Shown: one piece after another, positions 1 through 9,945 of the stretch
How the letters are laid out: every line of letters starts with the position of its first letter
Position numbering within the stretch: the first letter of the stretch is position 1
Source: a virus
Lineage: Duplodnaviria > Caudoviricetes
DNA length: 33,374 nt
IMG/VR virus record: IMGVR_UViG_3300014202_001535
Span: 1 to 33,374 of that record
Direction: 5' to 3' (one strand)
Program-made: the position numbers and the translations under genes
Notes under the pieces: model-generated
What the model was told of the DNA's origin: nothing
Database searches by the model: none
Seen by the model: the letters and a program-made list of their open reading frames with translations, nothing else

Positions 1-2412
1 TCACGGGGTTTGGTGGCAATCAAGGGCCGTGATTACGTTGGTTGAAGCGTGCTTGAAACTCCATTTCATAAGGGCTGCAACAAGCCTGAAATGCTCATCC
101 ACGTACCCAACATGATAGGCCGTCGACTCGCTTATTTGGAAGTTATAGTTCTCCTCGAGACAAGGCTCATCTCGAGGTACGTGGTTATTATCGGTGGCCG
201 CGTCACCGTCTTCCAGCTTCGTTATTACAATGCTTTCGTCTGCCCTAGTCACGTGAAGCATAGGGTATAGACTTAGCGAATTGGTGCCGGTCATCACGGT
301 CTCATATGTGTTGTATGTGTACCGAGGAACATCAGGTACCTCTATCGAGTCGGGCGTGGCCGGCGGGTCCCGCGTTATTATAAAAGCGGCGCCAAATACA
401 GAGGATGTAACGCCCGGCGTGTTGGTGATTGAAGCGAACCGAGGGTAGGCGTCTAAAACGCCAACGTTTGACTGCGCGGTGCAATGACAATATATGTTAT
501 CTCCAACCTCTAGAACAAACCGGTTCATATTGAGCTCGTTCTGGCGCCGCTCGACCCATTTTACCGTAGCGGTTGCCGGGCGCAGGACGGACCAGACCGA
601 GGAGGTGTACACCCGCGTCCAGTACGACGCCGATAGTGGCACATTGCGGTACGTGTCGGACCAGAATATGGGATCGATTCCCTGCGCTTCGTCGCAGTCG
701 TACATGACGCTCTCTTTTAGCCACTTATCTCCCATCCTTTCTATGGTGTCCACGCGGTAGTAATCAGTAATACAACTCAGGTTCGTTTCAAGACAGGTAT
801 CGTCCGCTAAATTTATCGACTCCTCTATGCTAAAAAAGTCCATTTTGGTTTTTTCGACGGTCTTTATGCTGAAGAACGCCACATTCCCAATCTGCACCGT
901 GTCCGGATCATAATCGTAGGCGCCATTTGTTGAAATGGGCATCAATATGGGGGGAGATGTGTAGTGGCCAATTTCGCCGCTGGTCGTGATGACAGGGAAC
1001 GTGGGCGGCTCACACTCACCCCCATAATCGGGAAATTTAAACTCGGTGTCCTCTTTAAAAAAATAACGGTTGGTCCAGTCGAGCGGCACCCAGCCTGACA
1101 CGGCGCGGCCGGTAATTCCCGCCTGATTATTTTTGGTGTAGGCCATCCTCTCCAGGGCGCGGCGCAGGCCGTCCGGGCCGTAGTCGCCTTCACGCGCCGC
1201 GAGCATCGCGTTTGTGACGGTAAAAACGACCGGTGTTGCCCCGGAAACAACCGCCGAATAATAGGGCGTGCCCAGGTAATTAATGCTCAGCTGCCACCCG
1301 TTGCTAACCCCGGCGCTGGTCCATGAAATTTTATCGGTAGGGCTACCGCTTGAAAGGTTCATAATTGCAGGAGTGAAAACGAGTCTTTGAGTCTCCACCT
1401 GGCTCAGCCCCGTTCCCGGCTCGAGATGCCTCGCAGGGGAGTATGTAAAGTAGTCGTTCGTGTTCGCGGCCGGCATTGGCATGGCCACTATCTCGGACGT
1501 TAAATTCGTGGTCCTCCACCCGAACACATTTACGTCGACCAGGTTTGTCGTCGCCTCCCACGGCAGATCGGCGCAGGCCAGCATTTGTGTGCGGCCGCCG
1601 GCGACGACTTGCACGACGTCGGCCATCGGTATCCAGCGGTTCGTTTCGAGGCCGCAATTAAATACGGCCACAGAGTTCGGTGTGTGCCATTGCCACTCAT
1701 CCTCACGCGGGTAGTAATAGTATGGTATCAGCTGCCGCACGTACTCCTTCAGAACAGCCAAATCGAGCGGGCGAAATAGGCCGCTGTATTTACGGTATGC
1801 TCCGCCATAATTCGCGGAGTCCGAGAACGTCGCGGAAAGGTCCAGCGCTCCTCCATGCGCCGATGCATAGCGCTGCGCGCCGACACCGTTGATTATTATC
1901 GACTGGTTGGGCTCGACGCCATAGCTCGCGTACACGGCGGCACACCGCTCCGCCGTCGCCTCCCACAGTTCGTAGAGTTGAGCCTCCGCTCTGGTCATGG
2001 CCACCTGCTGGGTAACCTGCGACGCCGTCGCGAACCAATCAAATGAATACGCCAGTTCATCGACGCAGATAACGACGCCCGTACTGGCCCATGAGCCGAG
2101 CAGATTGGTGTTAATCGGCACCGAAGAATAAAGGTCCTCGAAAATAAAATCATTGTCAGGTACCGCCGGCAACCGGAAGTCGGGAAACGGCAGCAAATGC
2201 GTGGGGCCGTAAAAATGCCGGAACATAAAATCCGGGCACGATTGATATTCGTTGTCCCCGGTAATATCCCACTCGAACTCGACGACGCGAACATACATTC
2301 TGTTGGTCGCGACGATCTCGCTCATCGATCCGTTCGTGGACCATACCAGCGGCGTGAACGCACAGACCGCGTTAGTAATAATTAATTGTGCCAGGACTAT
2401 TATTTTTTTCAT
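1..2412 (-). CDS. 803-aa exported protein at the distal end of the tail module (possible tail-tip/receptor-binding or surface protein)
   Basis: Long ORF; N-terminus MKKIIVLAQLIITNAVCA-F resembles a Sec signal peptide; GGAG upstream; TN-rich; overlaps the end of the preceding tail gene. Confidence 0.7.
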   Translation of the reverse strand: MKKIIVLAQLIITNAVCAFTPLVWSTNGSMSEIVATNRMYVRVVEFEWDITGDNEYQSCPDFMFRHFYGPTHLLPFPDFRLPAVPDNDFIFEDLYSSVPINTNLLGSWASTGVVICVDELAYSFDWFATASQVTQQVAMTRAEAQLYELWEATAERCAAVYASYGVEPNQSIIINGVGAQRYASAHGGALDLSATFSDSANYGGAYRKYSGLFRPLDLAVLKEYVRQLIPYYYYPREDEWQWHTPNSVAVFNCGLETNRWIPMADVVQVVAGGRTQMLACADLPWEATTNLVDVNVFGWRTTNLTSEIVAMPMPAANTNDYFTYSPARHLEPGTGLSQVETQRLVFTPAIMNLSSGSPTDKISWTSAGVSNGWQLSINYLGTPYYSAVVSGATPVVFTVTNAMLAAREGDYGPDGLRRALERMAYTKNNQAGITGRAVSGWVPLDWTNRYFFKEDTEFKFPDYGGECEPPTFPVITTSGEIGHYTSPPILMPISTNGAYDYDPDTVQIGNVAFFSIKTVEKTKMDFFSIEESINLADDTCLETNLSCITDYYRVDTIERMGDKWLKESVMYDCDEAQGIDPIFWSDTYRNVPLSASYWTRVYTSSVWSVLRPATATVKWVERRQNELNMNRFVLEVGDNIYCHCTAQSNVGVLDAYPRFASITNTPGVTSSVFGAAFIITRDPPATPDSIEVPDVPRYTYNTYETVMTGTNSLSLYPMLHVTRADESIVITKLEDGDAATDNNHVPRDEPCLEENYNFQISESTAYHVGYVDEHFRLVAALMKWSFKHASTNVITALDCHQTP

Positions 2413-4162
2413 ACCACCACTCTCCGTCTGGAAATGGAACCGGCATCGGCCCCGGTTCTTCGTTTGATACGCCGGTGCGCGTTTTTAGTCGCACAAATGG
2501 GTAAGCTGGTTCTGACTCGGCGCTATGCACAATCTGTCCTTTGTAGACGACGATGCCGTTCCAGCGGCCGGACGCGCCTGAATCGGCCGATGTTGCGTTT
2601 TGAACTGGAGCGATTCCGTCGACCTCCACGTCTCTGCCGGCGCCGGCGTCCTCGGATGTACGCTCGACGGCACTTTGAGACCAGGGCCGCAGCCGGTTCG
2701 CTCTCAGCAGCTCCTGGTAGTCCTGCATCGTGAGGTGCGCGGCGAAACCAAAATCGATCGTGGTCATGCCGGCGTCGATATTGTCGGTCACCGACTGCAC
2801 CATCGCTGCCATGGTTGCCCATGCCGTTTCACCGTCGGATAAATTAAGCTTGAGCCCCGGCCGGTGCGTGCCTGGGCACTCCGCCGCGAGCAGTATAACG
2901 GACCCCTGATGGTTAAGCGCGCCCAGCGCACCGTAGAGGCGCTCAGCCAGGCCGGTGGGTATGGGCTCGGCATATTCTTCGACCGTGTTCTTGCGGTACG
3001 TTTTATTAAAGCAATCGGTGGCCACGGTATTGGTCGTGAATATCTTCCCGGTGATGGTCCTGGCGACGTCGTCCACCGTCTGCGTGTAATTTATCGTCAT
3101 GGTTACCGTGCACCGCTCGGCCTCCTTGCCGTCGGCGCGCATCCAATCGGTCACCATGCCCTCGAGCAGCTCGCGCTCGAATTCCGACGTATTGACCACA
3201 TCGCCGACGATCGAGATAGCGCTGATCGATGCATCGGCCAGCCATTTGTTCTTTTCTTTGAGCCAGACGATCCAGTCCGGGTTATTGTCCGGAAACTCTT
3301 CGACCTTGATTTTCTGCCGCTGCGAGCTCATACGCGACCCGGCCAGCTCCACCGTGAGTATCAGCGCGCCGGGCTGCAGCGTTTCCGCTTCCGTCGGGTA
3401 CCGGTCCTCGATGATGTTCCGGTAGCTGTTGTCGTCGATCGTGTGGATCTGCTCGTACTTGACCGAAACGACCGGCACTTGCATATCAGGCCGCGGCGTC
3501 ACGTCATAATCGTGGACGCCGCCCGTGATCATGTTGATCGTCGCGGACGACTGGGCCGACTTCGGCCGTATGTGAATCGTCGGCGGCGTCGTAGTGTAGT
3601 CCACCCAGCTCGCCGCATCCGGCGCCCAGCGCAGCAGTGTGCGCAAGCACTCCCCGCACAGACAGTCGAGCGCCTCTGTGTAGGGGAAATATCCCGGCAC
3701 GTCGATCGTGCCGATCTGCAGGTCCACGCCGGCGCTGATGGCGTAAGCAATAATTTCCGTCATCGCCTGCGCGATCGTCTGCCTCGTTCCGTTCGCGGCC
3801 TGCCCGAGTATACACCGGCTCTTGTACTGCTCGATGACCGTCTCGGTGACCGCATCCCACATCAGCCAGGTCTGTTGAAACACGGTGCGGTCTAGCTCGT
3901 GCCAGGCATTAAGCGCCTGAAACTCCCGCCCTTCGAGGCGTCCGCTGCCGGCAGTTCGTGGCGTGTTTGTTTTCCCGACGAACCAGACTGTGGAATCTTT
4001 TTTAAGCGTGACGACATCGCCGTACTCAAACGACGGCGCGTCGGTGAAATCCTCGGAGAGCGAAAAGGAAAGACTGTCCGGAGCGAATGATTTTCGAACG
4101 CGGGTAAGCCGCGTCCCTTTCAGGTTCTTGACCTCGACATCGTTGATTTTCCAAGTGGCCAC
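2372..4162 (-). CDS. Putative tail tip/baseplate hub protein (596 aa)
   Basis: Directly follows the tape-measure gene (TAG/GTG overlap at 4160-4164); hub-like N-terminus (SFEYGDVVTLKKDSTVWFVG) and C-terminal segment (VQSVTDNIDAGMTTIDFG). Confidence 0.65.
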   Translation of the reverse strand: MATWKINDVEVKNLKGTRLTRVRKSFAPDSLSFSLSEDFTDAPSFEYGDVVTLKKDSTVWFVGKTNTPRTAGSGRLEGREFQALNAWHELDRTVFQQTWLMWDAVTETVIEQYKSRCILGQAANGTRQTIAQAMTEIIAYAISAGVDLQIGTIDVPGYFPYTEALDCLCGECLRTLLRWAPDAASWVDYTTTPPTIHIRPKSAQSSATINMITGGVHDYDVTPRPDMQVPVVSVKYEQIHTIDDNSYRNIIEDRYPTEAETLQPGALILTVELAGSRMSSQRQKIKVEEFPDNNPDWIVWLKEKNKWLADASISAISIVGDVVNTSEFERELLEGMVTDWMRADGKEAERCTVTMTINYTQTVDDVARTITGKIFTTNTVATDCFNKTYRKNTVEEYAEPIPTGLAERLYGALGALNHQGSVILLAAECPGTHRPGLKLNLSDGETAWATMAAMVQSVTDNIDAGMTTIDFGFAAHLTMQDYQELLRANRLRPWSQSAVERTSEDAGAGRDVEVDGIAPVQNATSADSGASGRWNGIVVYKGQIVHSAESEPAYPFVRLKTRTGVSNEEPGPMPVPFPDGEWWYEKNNSPGTINYY

Positions 4163-5562
4163 TAGCGGACCCCGCTGTACTTGAACTGCGCATTGATCTG
4201 GTCGAGCTCCTTCCGAAATTGTTTCATCTGCGCATCGCGGCCGCGGAATTGAGCGCCGACCTCTTTGAACTCGTCGATCACTGCCTGCAGCGCCTCGGCG
4301 ATCGCCGCATCCGTGCGTGAGGTATCCTGAGCGATTTTATATGCTTCCATCACCAGGTCTTTCCCACGTGCGACCGCGGCCCGACCTTCATCGCCACCGG
4401 CGACCGTCTGCCCATACTTGTTCTTTCCGCCGGTTACGACACTGCCGGCCGCATCGGCCGCCATTTCATCGGGAGTGCGAGCCGCGTCCTTCTTTTCCTT
4501 TTCCTTCTGCTGCTCATTTTTCCGTGCGGCTTCAGCACGCCGCACCTGGGCAGATGTTGTTACTTCCGTCGCGGCCTGCTGAGTGCCCCTCACCGTTCGA
4601 TTGGCGGCCTCTTCCTCCGCGACTTCATTCGCTTTATCTCTCGCGGCCTTGGCCGCTTCCTCTGCAACCGATCGTGCTACGGCTGCGGCGGCCTCTGCCT
4701 TCTTGGCCTCCGTAATACGCTCCGTTGTGTTGAGCTCGTCGTGCATGTACCCGCTTTGGTATTCCTCGGGCACGTCGCGGGTTTCCATATCAATATCGTG
4801 GATCGCTTTCGTCGCCGCGAAGAGAGCCGCGTTGGCTTCCTGCAGGCGACTCTCGGCGGCACGTGCGGCCTGCTCCGTTTCCTCTATCCGCCTCCGGCTG
4901 GCCGCCTCCTGCTCGCCGTACTTCATGTCCTCGTATTTTCGCTTTGTCTCTGCAGAGGCTTTTTCTTTTTCCGCCGGCGTCATATCGCTGGCGTCGATTT
5001 CCGCCAGCTTGAGCGCGAGCCTGGCATCGAGCAGCTTCATTTGCCGCGCGAGCAGTTTGTCGATGGTCGCGATGGCTTTGTCAACCTCGTCGCCATAATC
5101 CTTCATCTGCTGGCGGGCGTGTTCCATCGAGGCTTTGGCCGCCTCCTCCATATGCTCGGCGAGCGTCTTGGTTTCGCCTGCGGCTTTGCCGGCTGCCGCG
5201 CCGGATTTTTCCAGCTCATCGGTCTGGCTGCGAAACGCCGCCACGGCGCTAAGGACCAGCGACACGACCGCGCCCAGTATAGCGATGATCACACCCCAGC
5301 CGGACGCCACAAACGCGCGTGACGCCGCGGCCGCCTGCAGCGTCGCCGATGCCAGCATGCGCATGCCGGCGGCGGTGCCGGTGATCGCCCCTTGTCCGCC
5401 GCGCAGCACTGCGGTAATGAGCCGCCCGCCCGCGGCGACCTTGTCCAGGCCGCCCGAGGCCGACCCGGCCGCATCGTTGACGTTCTTTATCTCGTCAACC
5501 GCCTGCTGCCCGCCGTCGCCCTCCTTCTTGGTGCGGAATAATATTTCAAAGAGTTTGCTCAT
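4162..5562 (-). CDS. Tape measure protein (short, 466 aa)
   Basis: Ala/Glu/Lys-rich helical protein with a hydrophobic segment (GWGVIIAILGAVVSLVLSAV) and a TMP-like N-terminus; located in the tail module. Confidence 0.75.
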   Translation of the reverse strand: MSKLFEILFRTKKEGDGGQQAVDEIKNVNDAAGSASGGLDKVAAGGRLITAVLRGGQGAITGTAAGMRMLASATLQAAAASRAFVASGWGVIIAILGAVVSLVLSAVAAFRSQTDELEKSGAAAGKAAGETKTLAEHMEEAAKASMEHARQQMKDYGDEVDKAIATIDKLLARQMKLLDARLALKLAEIDASDMTPAEKEKASAETKRKYEDMKYGEQEAASRRRIEETEQAARAAESRLQEANAALFAATKAIHDIDMETRDVPEEYQSGYMHDELNTTERITEAKKAEAAAAVARSVAEEAAKAARDKANEVAEEEAANRTVRGTQQAATEVTTSAQVRRAEAARKNEQQKEKEKKDAARTPDEMAADAAGSVVTGGKNKYGQTVAGGDEGRAAVARGKDLVMEAYKIAQDTSRTDAAIAEALQAVIDEFKEVGAQFRGRDAQMKQFRKELDQINAQFKYSGVR

Positions 5563-5585
5563 TTATGGCGTCCGGGTGAACGTTT

Positions 5586-6422
5586 TCACTGCACACCCCA
5601 TCTTTGTTTGACTATATAAATTATTTTATACTGGTCTGCTAAGCTCGGCGCTGGCTGCCACAGTGCGACTTCGCCCACATCGGCAAATGCTCTAGTTGTC
5701 ACGTCCGGGAAAATCTCCCCTAGCCTATATCCCGCATTCCACCCGATGCCCGCATTAATTACGCTGTTTGTATCCGTTGCCCCGTTAGCCCGAAGTACCA
5801 CATCAGAAAACGATGAAAATGCCGCCGAAACAACTGTCGGCGCGGCATTCGTCACATCAACAGGAAATAATATATATTGGAGATTGTTTGTACTAGAACC
5901 TGTATCCCGGTGAGCTATTACAGTTGCGTTGTTTTCCTGCACAAGGCCCGCCGACCGAGTGGCGAAGCGCCATGAATTACTCCGGTCGTTGCCACCCGGC
6001 ACGCCACACTGCAAAATTGATCCCGACCAATGAATCCCGCTGTGTTTCGGCATTGTTGTTTTTATGACTGCTACGGCGAAAAATGACTGAGTTGCGTGAG
6101 GTAAATATGCGTAGCTCATCCAGTTTGTTCTATTGAATCTAAGCACAGACATTCCGTTGATGCCGTTAGTTATGTAGGTTGGGCAGTTGGCGCTGTTTGT
6201 TTGCGTCGCGTTGCGCTGCCAAATGCTGTAATCAAGATTATTCGCTACCACTCCGGCGTTGGTGTGTCCCGTTATCAAGTCGTGTCGATGCCAGAGCTGC
6301 AGTCCCTCTATTTGATTAATATCAAAGGCCGCCTGCCACAAATCCTCAAACGCGTCCGGCGGAAGCTCGGCGCGCGAAATAATGCCGGTGAGCAGCAGGA
6401 ATATTATTGGGAGCCTTATCAC
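5586..6422 (-). CDS. Exported LamG/concanavalin-like domain protein (278 aa)
   Basis: GTG start overlaps the upstream TGA (GTGA at 6419-6422); signal peptide MIRLPIIFLLLTGIISRA; motif GLQLWHRHD...NATQ...PTYITNGINGMSVLRF...GEVALW typical of LamG-like jelly-rolls; lower GC than flanks. Confidence 0.7.
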   Translation of the reverse strand: MIRLPIIFLLLTGIISRAELPPDAFEDLWQAAFDINQIEGLQLWHRHDLITGHTNAGVVANNLDYSIWQRNATQTNSANCPTYITNGINGMSVLRFNRTNWMSYAYLPHATQSFFAVAVIKTTMPKHSGIHWSGSILQCGVPGGNDRSNSWRFATRSAGLVQENNATVIAHRDTGSSTNNLQYILFPVDVTNAAPTVVSAAFSSFSDVVLRANGATDTNSVINAGIGWNAGYRLGEIFPDVTTRAFADVGEVALWQPAPSLADQYKIIYIVKQRWGVQ

Positions 6423-8953
6423 AGCGATGACGCCTCCCATGCCGAGCGAAATGCGCGGGATCGGAACAAAATGTTTTTTACGTCATTCGTGGGTATCGCG
6501 ATCGTTCCTGTGCCGCTCACGTTCGTCACGCTGAACGTGATCGGCCAAGAACCTGCGTTGAGGTGGAAGCTGATTCCGTTAACCTGGCTGGTGAGCGCGG
6601 AGGCGATTGCGATCGTCGTCGCACCCGTGGCCCAGTACGCCTGGTGGTAGCCGTTGCTCGGGTGCAGTACAATATTGGTGGCAGGCGGGATCGTGTGAAA
6701 ATCATTCGCGCCGGTGAACCTATTGCGAAATTTCGGTCGCACGATGATGAACTCGCCGTTGGTCGTCACGGTCGTCTCGGGGAAAAAGTCCGGCTCAAAC
6801 TCGATGATGTTGCAGATTTGCGTCACGACGACGGAGCCGGAGATAAACGATACGCGGGTAATCGCGCCGGACACCACGGCGATTGATACAAGTTGCGTGG
6901 CATCGCTGCGCGTGATGGGCGCATTCGGAGACATATCGCCGCTTGGCACATAGACATGATCGGCTGCACTAAAGTCAATCGTTCCGGTGGCTGCGCCTCC
7001 GCGGTTGACCACCGCCTGCAGCGTGTCTGCCTCGGAGGTCAGATAACCTACAAGCGCGTGATCTCCCCAGGCGTGCGCCTCCAGCGCCGCGGCGATGCCG
7101 TTGGTTGCGTATGGGGATAGATTGATAATCGGCTCAGGCCCGCCGGAGCTCGTGACTTGCATCAGGTTCGTGTTGCCCGATAAAATATTGGTAATCGTTC
7201 CGGCTCCGCCGCCGCCGGTAATGCCATCGAGGTTTGAGCCGTTACCAAAGATCGGCAAATGAAACGCGATCTGCCCGCCGCCCTCAATATCGTTTGTCGA
7301 GACGGCCAGGACGCGATAGTACAGCGCACTGGTTATCGAATATGTCAGCGTATACGTGCCGTTGAAAAGGTCCGGCCAGGTTGACTCATAGTCGTTGGTC
7401 GATGATTCCGCCCAGGTGTTCAGATCGCTTGATTCCTCCAGGTACGGCCGGAAAAGCGACGAGGCCGCCACGACCACAGCCTGCGTTCCATCGGAATATT
7501 GAAACGCCACGATCCGCGGCTCGACAATCCCGCCGCCGGTAATTTCAACGGCCCGTGTGCCCGCAAAGTCAAATCGAATGGTTTCATTCGTCTGGTAAAT
7601 CTCCCAAAATTGTCCGGGCCGGAGTTTCTTGTAATTCAAATCCGCGCCCACAAGAGACGGCGTGATGTTGTTTATCCCTGCCAGCAGCGCATTGTAAGCA
7701 TTACGGAGCGCCTGCGCATTGACTACCTGCCTGACCGGTGCGTCATCCGTTGGCGTATCCACAAGAATAATTTGAGCAACCGTATCGTTTGTGAACAGAT
7801 ACCGATCGGTCTCTGTAAATCGCGAACGGGCAATGCCAACTATTTCCAGCACATCCGGCCGCCCGAGCGGGTCAGGAGTCTCATACCCCAGATACTGCAC
7901 CCTCACATGGTTCGGCAGAAGATTATTGACCGGCATAATGTTCACGCCATTGGCGATAGGAAATACATTGCTCCCCGTCCAGGTTATGGTACGCAAGTCC
8001 TGTGCATCTCCCTCGGCGTACACGGTTGATATGGCAATATTCCCAACCCCCAGGGTATTCTGCACCAGCAGCTCGATATAGGCCGTGTTGTCCGGATTAT
8101 GGATGGAAAAAAAGTCGTGGAAATAAACGCTCTCGCCCGGCTCAAGGGAGAGAATGTCCGTGATGTTGGTTGAAGACGAATCCGATCCCCACCCGTAGAT
8201 TGTTACATCCATCTGCCAGTTGGTGGAGGATCCGGCCGGCGCCGGATCGAGCGGCCACACTTCACGCAGCCGCTCCTCCGTTTCGTTCTTGAGCAGCGCC
8301 GCGGCCCGCAATTCATCCAGCTCGCCGGTGTAGGCAAGCGTGTCTGCCACTTCACCGGCAAATATCGTTTCAGAAATAACGGTTAGTCTCTCACGCGGGC
8401 CTGCCACGCTGTTATATTTCAGCCTAATTGTTCCGACATCGTCTTCATTCAGCATTCGCTGAAATATAATTTCCTTGCTGGCTGTCCCGTGATTAGGCTG
8501 CATGATAATGCCGGCCGGATTTGAGCCGCCCATAATCAGCGGCCCGGTCATCGGCTCGGACCCATCGAGCGGAAGAAAGCGAGCGAGATCCGTCAGCCTG
8601 GCGACCACGCCGGGGTTCACACCCAGCGGAATATCAGCGCCATTCCCCACGACCGTCTCATCGGTGTTGGTCACCGATCCACCGCCCGACGGCAAATTGC
8701 CGAGCGCCTCTACGACCCAGTTGCTGTCCGCTTTCGTGGCGAGGCCGGCGGTCACCTCGGCGACCCATTGCGTGTCCAGCGATGTCAGGCCCAGCGCATC
8801 GAGGATGCGCACGCGCTCGATTGTCCAAAGATTCGTGTGCGTCCTCAGTCCGGTCTGGTCCGCCTGTATCGCCGACGGGCGGATCGGCGGCTGTGCATGA
8901 CCGGTGCCGGCCGCGAAAACGATGAGCGGCAACATAATCAAAAATTTTTTCAT
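6419..8953 (-). CDS. Exported tail-fibre-like protein (844 aa)
   Basis: ATG at 8953 overlaps the upstream TGA (ATGA); signal peptide MKKFLIMLPLIVFAAGTGHA; tail-fibre-like motifs FLPLDGSEPMTGPL, AHAWGDHALVGYLTSEADTLQAV and FGNGSNLDGI. Confidence 0.72.
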   Translation of the reverse strand: MKKFLIMLPLIVFAAGTGHAQPPIRPSAIQADQTGLRTHTNLWTIERVRILDALGLTSLDTQWVAEVTAGLATKADSNWVVEALGNLPSGGGSVTNTDETVVGNGADIPLGVNPGVVARLTDLARFLPLDGSEPMTGPLIMGGSNPAGIIMQPNHGTASKEIIFQRMLNEDDVGTIRLKYNSVAGPRERLTVISETIFAGEVADTLAYTGELDELRAAALLKNETEERLREVWPLDPAPAGSSTNWQMDVTIYGWGSDSSSTNITDILSLEPGESVYFHDFFSIHNPDNTAYIELLVQNTLGVGNIAISTVYAEGDAQDLRTITWTGSNVFPIANGVNIMPVNNLLPNHVRVQYLGYETPDPLGRPDVLEIVGIARSRFTETDRYLFTNDTVAQIILVDTPTDDAPVRQVVNAQALRNAYNALLAGINNITPSLVGADLNYKKLRPGQFWEIYQTNETIRFDFAGTRAVEITGGGIVEPRIVAFQYSDGTQAVVVAASSLFRPYLEESSDLNTWAESSTNDYESTWPDLFNGTYTLTYSITSALYYRVLAVSTNDIEGGGQIAFHLPIFGNGSNLDGITGGGGAGTITNILSGNTNLMQVTSSGGPEPIINLSPYATNGIAAALEAHAWGDHALVGYLTSEADTLQAVVNRGGAATGTIDFSAADHVYVPSGDMSPNAPITRSDATQLVSIAVVSGAITRVSFISGSVVVTQICNIIEFEPDFFPETTVTTNGEFIIVRPKFRNRFTGANDFHTIPPATNIVLHPSNGYHQAYWATGATTIAIASALTSQVNGISFHLNAGSWPITFSVTNVSGTGTIAIPTNDVKNILFRSRAFRSAWEASSL

Positions 8954-9555
8954 ACGGGGTCTCCCCATGTATCTGTTGGTACGCCATCGACCATGACCGG
9001 AAGTTTCGGACGCCATCGTTGATCCTCCTGAAAAAAAGCCTCCCAGGCGCCATTGCGAAGGCGCCAGGTGTCGCCGGTCGGGTTGACGACTATGGGGCCG
9101 GGCAGGCCGTTGCCGTTTCCGTCCTCGACAAAAATAATCGGGCCGCCGCCGAAGGTTATTTTATTGCCGGCATCTGTGACGCCGCTGACTACAAGCCAAA
9201 ACGCCCGCTCGCGGCCGTTGAGGACGATGTTGGTGTCCTCGGCCTCGAATTCCACGGCGGCGTGCTGATCCGCGCCGGCGTTCCACTGCTCCATGGTCAT
9301 TTCATCGTCAATGTCTTCGGCGAGCACCTCCTTCTCCAGAAACGGCAGCCCGGTCCGGCTCGCGTCAAACATCTCAATTTTAAGCGTGGCCAGGTTCGAC
9401 GGCGTGACCAATTCGTTCATGTAGAACAGGCCCATCTCCACGCGCAGATCGTTGCCTCGCCACACCCGCGGCGTCTCGCCGGTCAGCGCATCGATGACGC
9501 CGTAATGTGTGCCGTGCTCGATGCGTAAGCGAATCCTTGCAGTTTCAAGTATCAA
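8950..9555 (-). CDS. Tail protein, possible BppU-like fibre/baseplate adaptor (201 aa)
   Basis: Beta-rich ORF coupled to both neighbours; sits immediately before the fibre-like gene. Confidence 0.5.
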   Translation of the reverse strand: MILETARIRLRIEHGTHYGVIDALTGETPRVWRGNDLRVEMGLFYMNELVTPSNLATLKIEMFDASRTGLPFLEKEVLAEDIDDEMTMEQWNAGADQHAAVEFEAEDTNIVLNGRERAFWLVVSGVTDAGNKITFGGGPIIFVEDGNGNGLPGPIVVNPTGDTWRLRNGAWEAFFQEDQRWRPKLPVMVDGVPTDTWGDPV

Positions 9556-9941
9556 CTGACACCTCCCGCGATAACAACGTATTCATGAAATGTTCGCGCG
9601 CCGAGAAACCAGCCACTGTGCGTCTCGATCGCGGCCGCGGCGAATACCGTATTCGTCGTGCCGCTGCCGACATTGCTCTGCGCGATAATGGTCAGTGTGC
9701 CGGACTTCACCAGCGTCGCGTGATGGTTGGCCACAAACGCCTGGGCAGCCTGTGCCGTTGCGTGCGTGCGCTCCACCCTGAACGCAATCGTGTGCAGGGA
9801 ATTTCCGCGGGCGAACGGTACAATCGCGGCCGCCCGAACAACCGGCTCGGCCTGCACAACTTCCCGCCCGTCGATTTTAAACGACTCCACACTCTCCGCA
9901 CCGCCGGGCGCGAGTTCTGATGCTCCCAGGGTAATCTTCAT
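9552..9941 (-). CDS. Small tail protein, possibly distal-tail-like (129 aa)
   Basis: Follows the tail tube gene; beta-strand-rich; coupled to the next gene. Confidence 0.5.
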   Translation of the reverse strand: MKITLGASELAPGGAESVESFKIDGREVVQAEPVVRAAAIVPFARGNSLHTIAFRVERTHATAQAAQAFVANHHATLVKSGTLTIIAQSNVGSGTTNTVFAAAAIETHSGWFLGARTFHEYVVIAGGVS

Positions 9942-9945
9942 TTTT

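Noticed and set aside
1-8953. Diversity-generating retroelement or Gin-type invertible segment acting on fibre genes
   Set aside because: No reverse transcriptase, invertase, TR/VR pair or flanking inverted sites seen in the window
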